A DNA stretch of 64,000 nucleotides from Eutreptiella sp. 'Long Island Sound 2002' (Eukaryota; Protista; Euglenida), in NCBI GenBank assembly GCA_964036045.1, contig OZ038378.1:12710001-12774000 (forward strand), given 5' to 3'. The first letter of the stretch is position 1. Every line of letters begins with the position of its first letter. The notes beneath the pieces were generated by a model. The model was given only the letters and a program-made list of their open reading frames with translations, did not search any database and was not told the origin of the DNA. Below, in pieces: positions 10,990-22,406 of this stretch. A program made the position numbers and the translations under genes.

Positions 10990-11041
10990 GTTTTCAAACA
11001 ACAGCAGGCCCCCAACACAGGGACAAAAATTGGGGAAAGAG
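10990..11041. repeat. 52-bp direct repeat, copy 2
   Basis: GTTTTCAAACAACAGCAGGCCCCCAACACAGGGACAAAAATTGGGGAAAGAG; one mismatch to 7383-7434. Confidence 0.9.
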
Positions 11042-12147
11042 GGGGGGGGGGGTATGGGGGAAAATAGGCGAAAACCTTGCCTGGCGCGCCCGGCGCGGTA
11101 ACGTACTCTCAAAGACGTGCATGACAGAAACAATGTCTCCGTTCTGAGAAATGTGTAGTTGGCGCGTTGCCATCCAAGCTATTTCGATCTGTCTTGTCCA
11201 CCAGACATGCAAAACAGAATTCTGAAACCTCTGTTCTTAACGCAGAACATCATCACCATGAAACGACACAAGTAGCAGGGCGATGCATCGTTGAGGCCTA
11301 GACAGCCATGGCGATGGAGGTGCATCAAAATCACGCACTGAAGGGAGGGGCAAGGTGGCAGGACAGTAATCAGCATCCCTGAAATACCATCGCCAGCCCC
11401 GAATCACAACAACTTGATGTTCACAGACAACCAGAAAATGCAACCGCCAGATTCCACGATTCTGGCAGTTGCAAAAGTGGGGAGTGGAGGGGGGGTAGGT
11501 CTTGTTAGAATAAGGATTCTGTAGGGAATGTGCAAGACATAACCACACACACCGGCGACAGGGATGGACACATCCACATGTTTCCACTTAGTCAGGCTAT
11601 GCAGCAGCGGTATTTCTGAATACTGGCACACAGCACTGCTGGGGCACCTTCGTCACTGACACTGGGCCCTGAGCACTGCAGTACGGGGCCCTAAAGCAAC
11701 GGATACAGAGCTCACATATACCCCCGTGTCACGGGCATATGGTTTTGTGATTGCTTCCCTCACCTGCCCTGCACGTCAGTCAATTCGCATTCTGTCTCGT
11801 ACAGTCAAACATCTCCGGACAGTCCATGCACAGCTCTTCCCATGCTGTATTGACGGGCTGCACTGCCGTTCGTGCTTGCGCACGTCCCCTCCTTTGGGCG
11901 GAACCCTAGGGGTTCACCGGACTTCCTGGCGTATCCCGTTCCCAAGGCATGCATGCATGTTCTTGGTACTGGGGTTCCGAGGTGCTTGGGTGTCGCACGC
12001 TCCGCCTCGAGTCCCAAAGCAGCGCAGGCCTTAGGATGCAGCCTTACCCCCGGTCTCCGGATCTCGTTTGGCCGGGTCACCTGCATGGCACGGGCTGCCT
12101 CAATGCCCGGGCTATGGACACTGGGTTTCCTATTGTTGCGTGGCGCT

Positions 12148-14798
12148 TGTGTTTGGGTCTGGGTTGTGGTTGGGTTCGGGTTTCGGCTGCGCCCCGCCAC
12201 TCCTGGCTGGGGTGTTGGGGTGTGTGTGCGCTTGTGTGTGCGCTCCGCTTGTACCCTGCCACTCCTGGCTGGGGTGTGCGCCGTGGGTGTGTGTGGTTGG
12301 GTTCGGGTTCCGGCTGCGCCCCGCCACTCCTGGCTGGGGTGTCGGGGTTTGTGTCTGCTTGTGTGCGCGCTCCGCTTGCACCCCGCCACTCCTGACTGGG
12401 GTGCGCGCCGTGGGTGTGTGTGTTTGGGCTCGGGTTTTGGCTGCACCCCGCCACTCCTGGCTGGGGTGTTGGGCTGTGTGTGTGCTGGTGTGGGCGCTCT
12501 GCTTGCACCCCGCCACTCCTGGCTGGGGTGCGCGCCGTGGGTGTGTGTGTTTGGGCTCGGGTTTCGGCTGCACCCCGCCACTCCTGGCTGGGCTGTTGGG
12601 CTGTGTGTGTGCTGGTGTGGGCGCTCTGCTTGCACCCCGCCACTCCTGGCTGGGGTGTGCGGTGTGGGTGTGTGTGTTTGGGCTCGGGTTTCGGCTGCGC
12701 CCCGCCACTCCTGGCTGGGGTGTTGGGGTGTGTGTGTGCTCGTGTGCGTGCTCCTCCTGTACCCCGCCTCTCCTGGCTGGGGTGTGCGGCGTGGGTGTGT
12801 GTGCTTGGGCTCGGGTTTCGGCTGCGCCCCGCCACTCCTGGCTGGGCTGTTGGGCTGTGTGTGTGCTCGTGTGCGCGCTCTGCTTGCACCCTGCCACTCC
12901 TGGCTGGGGTGCGCGGTGTGGGTGTGTGTGTTTGGGCTCGGGTTTCGGCTGCGCCCCGCAACTCCTGGCTGGGGTGTTGGGGTGTGTGTGTGCTGGTGTG
13001 CGTGCCCCCCTTGTACCCCGCCACTCCTGGCTGGGGTGCGCGGTGTGGGTGTGTGTGTTTGGGCTCGGATTTTGGCTGCGCCCCGCCACTCCTGGTTGGG
13101 GTGTTGGGCTGTGTGTGTGCTCGTGTGCGCGCTCCGTTTGCACCCAGCCACTCCTGGCACGGGTGCGCGGTGTGGGTGTGTGTGTTTGGGCTCGGGTTTC
13201 GGCTGCGCCCCGCCACTCCTGGCTGGGGTGTGCGTTGTGGGTGTGTGTGCTCGGGCTCCGGTTTTGGCTGCGCCCCGCCACTCCTGGCTGGGGTGTTGGG
13301 CTGTGTGTTGGCTCGTGTGCGCGCTCCGCCTGCACCCCGCCACTCCTGGCTGGGGTGCGCGCCGTGGGTGTGTGTGTTTGGGCTCGGGTTTCGGCTGCGC
13401 CCCGCCACTCCTGGCTGGGGTGTTGGGCTGTGTGTGTGCTCGTGTGCGCGCTCCGCTTGCACCCAGCCACTCCTGGCACGGGTGCGCGGTGTGGGTGTGT
13501 GTGTTTGGGCTCGGGTTTCGGCTGCGCCCCGCCACTCCTGGCTGGGGTGTTGGGCTGTGTGTTGGCTCGTGTGCGCGCTCCGCTTGCACCCCGCCACTCC
13601 TGGCTGGGGTGCGCGCCGTGGGTGTGTGTGCTCGGGCTCGGGTTTTGGCTGCGGCCCGCCACTCCTGGCTGGGCTGTTGGGCTGTGTGTGTGCTCGTGTG
13701 CGCGCTCCGCTTGCACCCAGCCACTCCTGGCACGGGTGCGCGGTGTGGGTGTGTGTGTTTGGGCTCGGGTTTCGGCTGCGCCCCGCCACTCCTGGATGGG
13801 GTGTGCGTTGTGGGTGTGTGTGCTCGGGCTCGGGTTTTGGCTGCGCCCCGCCACTCCTGGCTGGGCTGTTGGGCTGTGTGTGTGCTCGTGTGCGCGCTCC
13901 GCTTGCACCCCGCCACTCCTGGCTGGGGTGCGCGGTGTGGGTGTGTGTGTTTGGGCTCGGGTTTCGGCTGCGCCCCGCCACTCCTGGCTGGGGTGTTGGG
14001 CTGTGTGTGTGCTCGTGTGCGCCCTCCGCTTGCACCCAGCCACTCCTGGCACGGGTGTGCGGTGTGGGTGTGTGTGTTTGGGCTCGGGTTTCGGCTGCGC
14101 CCCGCCACTCCTGGCTGGGGTGTTGGGGTGTGTGTGTGCTGGTGTGGGCGCTCCGCTTGCACCCCGCCACTCCTGGCTGGGGTGCGCGCCGTGGGTGTGT
14201 GTGTTTGGGCTCGGGTTTCGGCTGCACCCCGCCACTCCTGGCTGGGGTGTTGGGGTGTGTGTGTGCTGGTGTGGGCGCTCCGCTTGCACCCCGCCATTCC
14301 TGGCTGGGGTGCGCCCGTGGGTGTGTGTGTTTGGGCTCGGGTTTCGGCTGCACCCCGCCACTCCTGGCTGGAGTGTTGGGGTGTGTGTGTGCTGGTGTGG
14401 GCGCTCCGCTTGCACCCCGCCACTCCTGGCCAGGGTGCGCGCCGTGGGTGTGTGTGTTTGGGCTCGGGTTTCGGCTGCACCCCGCCACTCCTGGCTGGGG
14501 TGTTGGGCTGTGTGTGTGCTGGTGTGGGCGCTCCGCTTGCACCCCGCCACTCCTGGCTGGGGTGCGCGGTGTGGGTGTGTGTGTTTGGGCTCGGGTTTTG
14601 GCTGCGCCCCGCCACTCCTGGCTGGGGTGTTGGGCTGTGTGTGTGCTCGTGTGCGTGCCCCCCTTGTACCCCGCCACTCCTGGCTGGGGTGTGCGGTGTG
14701 GGTGTGTGTGTTTGGGCTCGGGTTTCGGCTGCGCCCCGCCACTCCTGGCTGGGGTGTTGGGGTGTGTGTGTGCTGGTGTGCGTGCTCCTCCTGTACCC
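12148..14798. repeat. tandem satellite of alternating 65-bp and 62-bp monomers (127-bp higher-order unit)
   Basis: Shared core GC(G/A)CCCCGCCACTCCTGGCTGGGGTG followed by one of two GT-rich tails; roughly 40 monomers; plus strand nearly devoid of A. Confidence 0.95.
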
Positions 14799-14956
14799 AA
14801 AGGAACCACAAGACGTGTTATCCATTCACACATATTTGTGGTCACAATGAAGCGCTGTGGGCACCAGCCCCATGCAGATGCAAACTGCTCCGCACAGTAT
14901 TACTGTGACACAAACTCTGATGCTTTGCGAAAGTGCAAAGTGCTTTCCTTTTTCCT

Positions 14957-16195
14957 CTAACCCCACTCTGCCCACGCAGGCACTTCGGGTACATTGATAT
15001 TCAGCTCCTGGTACAGGTGTCTTACGCCGAGCAGGCTTTTAACAACATCCTCTGCATCCTCCTTTGCCAGTCCTTTAAGGTCCCTTGCCTCCACAGGCTG
15101 GCCCCCGGGCGGGGCTGGCCTGATTTGCCACATTGGGACCCCATTAAGAACGGTGCAATGCCTCCAGCTCAGGCGATAACCCACGTCCTTCAGCCTTACC
15201 TCCCCGGCATCATTACGGTGCAGGGCAAAACGCAGCCAAGCCCCAACTCTGGCCATGCCCCTGTTATTTGCACTCAATCCTTTGCGTTTCAGCCGGTCAG
15301 GTGCCAGCATGTGGTGGGCATTGGTATCCCCTAGGGACCAAGCAATCAGTTTTTCATGGGAACTGCCTGGCTGCCTGTGCTCCATCGGTTGTGGGGCATG
15401 GGGGTGGCTCCCCACGACAATGTCCGCACCGTTGTCCAGCAGCCATCGGCAGGCCTCCAGCTGCCGTGCTTGCGGCAGCCGCGGGGGGTCCCCAGGGTTG
15501 GCACAGTCATCTTGTGGGCGGAAGGTGTACTCCGTCCCAAAGTGCAGGTAAACAATCACCTTGTCCACGTTGTGCGCTCGGGCTGTGGCCACTTCGCGGG
15601 ACATTTGTTCCTGTTCAATGCGACTGACCATTTCTGGTTCTGCGTCTGGGGCCGTGCAGTTCAGTCCATAAGTGTAGGCAAGCAGCGCAACGCGGATGCC
15701 CCTCTGCTCAATGATTACAGAGTTCTGGAATTGTTGGCGCTCCTGAGCGTTCCTGTAAGCGCCAACGTGAGCAAGCCCGTGGCTATCAAGCACATCCAGC
15801 GTGTGGCGCAGCCCTGCCACCCCATTGTCCATGGCGTGATTGTTTGCCATGGTGAGCACAGCGAAACCTGCTTCCCGAATCGCTTGTGCATATGAATCGG
15901 GCGCAACAAGTCGGGGTAAGATGCGCCCGCCAACCACTGCGGCGGATTGGCTGTGCGGACGGCCCAGCACGCATTCCAAGTTGGCCACGGCAACATCTGC
16001 GCTTTGGATCAGCTGCCCTGTGTGTGCAAAGTACTGCCTGAAGCTATGAAGATGGCCGGCAGGGTCTTGCAGGGCTGCTTTGACCTGTAAATTGGAACAG
16101 CTGAGGTCACCGGCGAAAAGGAAGCTCAGCTCTTCAGTCTCGGGAACATGCTGTCCTCGGCGCCGGGCTCTTTTGGGGCAGAGAAACCGAGACAT
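14957..16195 (-). CDS. CapA/PgsA (PGA_cap) family metallophosphoesterase, intronless
   Basis: 412-aa ORF from ATG 16195 with ordered motifs FAGD, ANLE, MANNHAMDNG, YLHFGTEY, GSHPH, WSLGD. The ORF track start at 16201 is a TTG. Confidence 0.9.
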   Translation of the reverse strand: MSRFLCPKRARRRGQHVPETEELSFLFAGDLSCSNLQVKAALQDPAGHLHSFRQYFAHTGQLIQSADVAVANLECVLGRPHSQSAAVVGGRILPRLVAPDSYAQAIREAGFAVLTMANNHAMDNGVAGLRHTLDVLDSHGLAHVGAYRNAQERQQFQNSVIIEQRGIRVALLAYTYGLNCTAPDAEPEMVSRIEQEQMSREVATARAHNVDKVIVYLHFGTEYTFRPQDDCANPGDPPRLPQARQLEACRWLLDNGADIVVGSHPHAPQPMEHRQPGSSHEKLIAWSLGDTNAHHMLAPDRLKRKGLSANNRGMARVGAWLRFALHRNDAGEVRLKDVGYRLSWRHCTVLNGVPMWQIRPAPPGGQPVEARDLKGLAKEDAEDVVKSLLGVRHLYQELNINVPEVPAWAEWG

Positions 16196-16313
16196 CGCCA
16201 AAAACAGAAACTGCGCTGAACAGAGAGCGTGGCTTGGGTATCAGCGGTCCGTGTGCTACTCCACTCAAACATCTGCACTACTGTTACTGAACTCACCATG
16301 AAGATTGTGGGCG

Positions 16314-16428
16314 GTGGAAAAATGGGAAATGAGGGAACATGGAAAATGGGGAAATACGGGAAATACAAAATGTGGGGAACATGGGAGAAATATGGAGAAA
16401 ATGATGAGGGGAAATGGGGAAATGTGGG
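16314..16428. repeat. degenerate GGGAAAT-like microsatellite
   Basis: Recurrent GGAAAATGGGAAAT / GGGGAAAT motifs upstream of the CapA ORF. Confidence 0.6.
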
Positions 16429-19400
16429 CTTTGGTTTGTGCGGGCCTCTTGCCACCCGCAGCCAGCCCCATAAATTGTACCACCCACAGCATGCACACTC
16501 CACTCCACAAACACACAATCACACAAACACACAAACACACAAACACACACACACAATGCACATCCTCACTTTTGTCCTGCCCAAGCCTTTGCTGCACAGA
16601 TGCTCACAATGCGATTGACCCTTAGTTGACCTGTCATCTCCCCTCGGTCCCGCTTGGTGACCTTTTCCATGTGTTCTCTGCTCTGCTGCCCCCCATGGCC
16701 CGTGGGATGATGCCACTGGCCCATGTCTCCAACTTCTGTGGCACTGTGCCCGATGGGGCTGTGCTTCCGATGATGAGTGGCTCTCAGCTTCTTGACAGCT
16801 TGCTGCTTGGAGCTGCTTGGAGCCGTGAGGCCTGCTCAGCGGACTTTATCTGGACTTATCTTGATACATATGGCATGCTGCGCAGGGATGCTGCCGACCA
16901 GAAACATAATACACACAAAATGACACAAGACATCTATGATATTCACACCCTCCAAGGCTAGCACATACACCCAGGACATCTGGGACATTCACAACCTCAT
17001 AGGCCAACCCTCGTAGGCACGTGCTTGGGGAACATGCCATCATTTGTTGCTACCACAAGTGAAAAGGCAAGATGCTGCCCAATGGGGACTGGTTGGCAGG
17101 TGGGTTGCGGGGGAAGATTGAGGAGGCATATTTTAAACTGAACTCGAAACCCTCAAAGGCGATGATATGTCCCCGCTTGTTTTAGGAAATTGGTTGAACG
17201 ATAGGGGACATTGTGGCATGCCTCACTGGCAAGCTCTACCACAATGAAGGTGATGAACCCCATGCATGGGCACTCTGGGCAGTGAGGTTTGTTTTGTCCC
17301 AAGTACAGAGAATAAAAGGCTACGAGGCCAAACAGGTCATTGAAGATCGTGATGCATGGCAACACCGCCATATCATTCATTGTCAGCAGTGATGCTTGCA
17401 ACAGGCTCCATTGGTTTGTTTGTGCCATGGATTGTACTTTGCCGTGGTGGGCATTTAAATTGTGGATTTGGGAGCCATTGAGTGGGACCTCTTTGGTCCA
17501 ACCAATGATGGGGAAGTTGAGAGCAAAGGGCCTCACTGTCTCACTGTCCAGGCTCATGCCTTAGGATTTCAAAAGGATGAGTGGTCCTGTGGGTACCAAT
17601 CTTTGCACCTCTGCCACTGAGTTGGTTGACCATCGCAGCGTTTTCGAGGAGACGCGCCCTACACCGCTGCTGGATGGATTCATACTAGATGCAATGGGTG
17701 TTATTAATGCGGATCGTTCCGTCCGAGTTCGGGGTCCTATCCCGCAAAATGGTTGGGAGGAGGAACTGTGCTATTGGAAACCCGGCAAAATTCCTCTATC
17801 TGAACAATAGTGCATATAGTATTCCTGTCCCACTGTGTGCGGGCTTGAGGAAGCTTGCTACGCTAAGTGGGGACCTCATTGCGTGCAATTACAGAATCCG
17901 ATATTTTTTCATTGGGGGATGCAAAGCGAACAAGCCCCAAATTTCAGTATCAAAATAAGGTACCCAGAATATAAAAAGAAAGGAATTTTTTTTGCCTTCT
18001 TTCCCTCTTCAAAATACACTTCATTTCAGTTTGGAACCAGGCAAAAATTTCTGGATTTGGAAGAAAGATTTGAAGGATCATGGATGTAAAAAACGTAAGG
18101 AGATTAAAGACAGCCACAAAAATTGAAAAGGTTGAGCATCATAGTCGCAAGGTTGGGAAATTCCATAGGTGCAGAACTTAGAATCATTGAAGTAAAATCA
18201 GTAACTAGCGTGTTGATAGTGGCGGGTTTGGGCTGTGTGTTGTGATGCGGTTCAGCACCCAGGAAAATGCACATGGTTCGAAGAACGTAAAAAAGAAATC
18301 CACAGTTGAATGCCTGATTATTTTGAATCCAAAAGGGTGATGCGAAGTTGTTGCAAGAAGGATGGTTGACATTTTTTGAAGACTTATTGTTCCTACATTT
18401 GCAAAAAAATCGCTGGACCCTACTACCATCGCTAATAATGATGAGTCAAGTTTCCCGAAGAATTTTGCCGGCAATTGCATTTTCGGCATAACAAGACGTG
18501 GGAATGATCCAAATCGGCTTCATCATCTCCAGGGATATGAAGATGATGCACGCCACGAGGCTGGTGGAATTCATGTGCTAGCAGGCTGTCTACTTATGCT
18601 AGAAAGAAAGAACAATTAGACTCATGCTGAAGCAGCCGAAGTGGAAAAAACAATAGAAAAATTATTGCAAAGGGTGCAAAAACGCAACATGGTGGCATTG
18701 CGGCCCGTAATGGAGCAATGGCTGAATCCATCCAGGGGAGCAATCCCCTTATAACTTGTGAACATTGTTCCGCACCTTACCTGCACTTTGTGCGAACATA
18801 TACTGTGTGATACAATCTGTGTGCTATGCTGACACTGATTGGTGCACTGCCTGTTCTATGGTTTGTTCATACTTATTTCCTAGGCTTGGTGCTATGTCTG
18901 TGCTTGTGCAATGTCGCATATGTGTTACCAATTGAAAAACACATAAGTGCTGAGGCACTTGGGCAAATGGTGCCATTGGCCTCCAAGAGCGCCAATGGCA
19001 AAACAAAAGCTCAATGCTAGCTGTTGTGAAGTGTTGGTGGCTATGCCTATTTTCACTTATTCCAGGAGCACCATCAGAACCACACCACCTTGAGCAAAAC
19101 AAACAACCCCACTGTTGTGGACCAAAAACCTTCCTAATTATGGACAAAAGACCCAACCTTGGGGGGTTTTGGTGCTATACCCGTAGCCTGAAAAAATCCC
19201 CCTTATACCCCTTATTGGATACCCCCCCCCCCCCATGTAAAATGAAACCCCCAGCCCCGCATCTGCAACCACCCATTGTGGATAACTGCCCCCCCCCGCG
19301 TGCTGTGCATAAAAAACCCCCCACCCTAGCTTGACCCAAGCACTGCAAAGCAACAACGCACACCTACAGCTGTAAGCCCCCAAACCTAGGGTGCCAGAAA

Positions 19401-21091
19401 AAATGCACTATTTTTGAAAACATGCGTACAACAGGACTCTAACCCCCTGGATTGCAAATTTATGACCCATGAAAAATTTCCAGGTATCAAAAAACACTGT
19501 ACTAGCGACAGTTTAAAATAGTAGCGCAGGATCTAGACCTTGTTCAGACCTGCTACGATGGGTCATGGGGAACCCCGGGGGAATGTGTAAAGCAGATCCA
19601 CAAAAAGATAGATCGCTATACATTGCATTTTCGGACAATTCGGACATATCTATTTAAAACACATCACCCGAACTGGACAACTACAACAAGGGAAATATTG
19701 ATCAAATGAGACCCAAACACTCTGTCAATGCTCCCATTTTTCGTAATGTTTGGTGTAGAGGTTAATCCTCAATGTCACATCTCCCTCCAAAAATGTTTAC
19801 GGCGCCAGCACCGTGAAAAAAAGTTGCCCGCTTGGTGATTGGAAACCAATACCATGATCAAAAAAATTCTCTGTCTGAAGAAGAAGAGGAGAGATGGACA
19901 AAAGGGGGGGGGGGTCTACATAGTCCATTGTTGCTTCCCATATGTGCTAAGTGCAATCCCCGTCATAACCTATGGCAGCCGGACACACCAATGAAGACCC
20001 CCAATGGGCAGGGGGGGGTGTCATTTTGTAGCAAGCACGCCGTAAAATGAGAGGGGGTAGTTTCCGACGATTATCGTGACAATGGGGTTTTTGTGGCAGT
20101 GCCCTTCACTAGCACCCGCCATGAAGTGCATCTAAACACAGTGACAAACGTTACAGCTGCAAACTGCACAAACCGCCATATGTAGGGGCCATGAAAATGT
20201 GGGGGTGATCTCAAAAGGTTTCCACACTAGCTTAATGGGATCCAACAGTTGAAACTGCTAGGTTGTCTGTTCGGTGGTGGTTTGAAACGGGCTGCAAGAG
20301 CCAGAAATTCTTCCAAGTGGGGAGCCGCCCAGTCTCACTGCAGTGAACCACCTTCGCGAACCTCTTGTTTCCCACAATCATCATGACCATGGACAATTTT
20401 ATGGCACTGCCCGTCATCAGCACCAAAGAAAAATGTGACCAGCATGTCCTTGGGTGCACCCTGGGCCATGTGTGCTGCAATCGTGTGTGTGCGGTCTAGC
20501 TGAACCTGGGGGAGTCACATGCGGGCAAGATGGCTACACCATCCCTGCTGTCTTGGGGGTCCCCAACGCTCGACACGAGGACAAATTCAGAAATGGCACA
20601 ATGTCACAATGGCACAATGAAGGGAAGGGTACCAATAATCCTCAATTGCATCACAACACTATCCGTTATGCCACCCCCCCCCCCCCCTCCAAACCTAAAT
20701 TGTCCTCAACACAGGCAACAGTAGTGTAGATGCAAAAGCACATCAACTGACACTATTAGGACGAGGTCTGTGTTGGTACATTCAACAATGCCTTGAAAAC
20801 CATGTGCACACACACATGTGTGCGTGTTGTTATTCGAACTTCACACCTTGCAAGGATGTTCTACAAAACATTACATAGACAATCGGCAACCTGCACCCTC
20901 AAAGAAGGGCTGACAAAGAGCCAATACAGGATTACACATGCCCACCACAACCCCCCATGGGCTGATGGAGACCATGGGCTACCTTGAAAAGTTCGAAACA
21001 AGCCCCCGCAGTGCACCAAAACAACCCTGTCTGTGGACAACCCCCCCGCCCCATGTTATCTGGCCACAACCCCCTCCCGCCCTCATGACCC

Positions 21092-21816
21092 CCCCCTGTG
21101 TGACATAAAGTCCATCTCTGGTTGCTTTACGGGGCCCAGGACAGTCACCCGTTTATCCTTCACCGCATGATGCAGTGTCGGTCTTCTCCTTCTTCTCATG
21201 AAGGTCCGCCAAGCCGCTGTCTTGACCCCACCATTTCTGTTTCTCCATGGCGGCGGGTTGTGGTGGTCAAGACATTAAGGATCCATACGGCATTAACCTT
21301 CGCTCAGACCCCAGCCCGTGGTGTGGCGCCCGCGCTGCAGGCCCCCAGTGGTGGTCTCGGCGATTACCCCCCGCCGGTTTGCTCAAGCGAAGTATGGCAC
21401 TCACCACTAGGGTCTGCTTAGCCCTGTCAGGAGGACCCCAGCAACTAGGTCACTCAACTGATCACAGCGATGCCCGGCTCCCGGACACCATCGGGAACCA
21501 TCCCCAACACCGCTGCGGGACGTCGGATGAGCGCCTGTGCTCGACCGGACCTGGCATCCCTGCAACACATCCAGAGACTGCCCAGGCCCGGGAGCTCTTC
21601 CCCACGGATTGTGTAGGGGGAGCATAGTTCCGCCTTCTGCGTGGACTGTCCTCCATAGCCGCTGGCACCACGCCCAGCGCCGCAGCTATGTCTAGTCCCG
21701 CTGCTCCCTTGGCGGTGGTGGCTCGGCTGCTATTGATACAACAGCACGTGTTGTCCCTCCGTGTGCACGAAGGCCCACGTCACGCGTGGGTGATCCCCCT
21801 GTGTGACATAAAGTCC
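21092..21816. mobile_element. about 0.7-kb segment bounded by 22-bp direct repeats (probable mobile-element remnant)
   Basis: CCCCCTGTGTGACATAAAGTCC at 21092-21113 and 21795-21816. Confidence 0.45.
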
Positions 21817-22311
21817 CCCCCCCCCCACCCCCCAAAACCCCCCCAGATCCTAATCTGGGAGCTTTTTGTACCCCACCACCACCACCACCACCACCACCAC
21901 CACCACCACAAGCACAATATCCTGCAACAATATAGGCACATAAACTATGATCTTCTGCAAACAATGGCTGGCGATATTACATTGATTTTTGGTGTTACCT
22001 GATATCAGCATCTCACCTACCACCTGTAAAAAATTCAGTGAGGCGTTTGCATCCTTGAAAGGACCAACTTCTTATTTACATGAATTTGCTTGCCCACTGA
22101 TGTAAGTGCTCGTGTTTTGGCGCAACATCTGGTCCAGTTTAGCACCCAGCAACAACAACATTCATAACCAGTTCAGTCCGAAACTGGGCTTGGGTACCAC
22201 CCCATCTAGCGGCCTGCATTTTATCTCATGCTGGGGCAGAGGAAGAATGTTTTGACCATCCATGTGAATAATGACCTTAATGTACCTGAGCCCCAAATAG
22301 AGCACGCTTAC

Positions 22312-22406
22312 CCTTCAATCTGCCTCTGCAGCTGAGCTCCTCCAATGTCAAATACTTGTCGGCATTGACACGGAACTGATAGGATTCATTTGCCAATTGC
22401 CCGTAC
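22312..22406 (-). CDS. candidate exon (YGQLANESYQFRVNADKYLTLEELSCRGRLK), possibly a 3' exon of the glycosyltransferase gene
   Basis: Acceptor TCTTCTGTTGATCAG|, donor |GTAAGC, only one open frame; linkage to other exons not shown. Confidence 0.35.

Larger units (their letters stand above)
7383..11041 (-). mobile_element. tyrosine-recombinase retrotransposon (gag-like - YR - RT order), 3'-truncated or internally deleted
   Basis: Three consecutive minus-strand coding segments carry a Zn-knuckle-like end, YR catalytic motifs and DIRS-type RT motifs, and are flanked by 52-bp direct repeats. Confidence 0.85.

Noticed and set aside
12148-14798. CRISPR-like look (hairpin repeat plus intervening sequence)
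   Set aside because: The intervening sequences are two recurring types rather than unique spacers, there are no cas genes, and the context is eukaryotic.
11805-14960. Six ORFs of 848-1006 aa
   Set aside because: All are translations of the 65/62-bp satellite. Stops are absent because the plus strand has almost no A, and the 127-bp period rotates the same peptides through all frames.
17560-18760. AT-richer stretch with several medium plus-strand ORF fragments that look like a decayed gene
   Set aside because: No recognisable family motif; the frames cannot be joined with confidence.
19130-19156. GLLSIIRKV resembling the ARL2 N-terminus
   Set aside because: The start codon is TTG, and no following GTPase exon (GLDNAGKT) was found.
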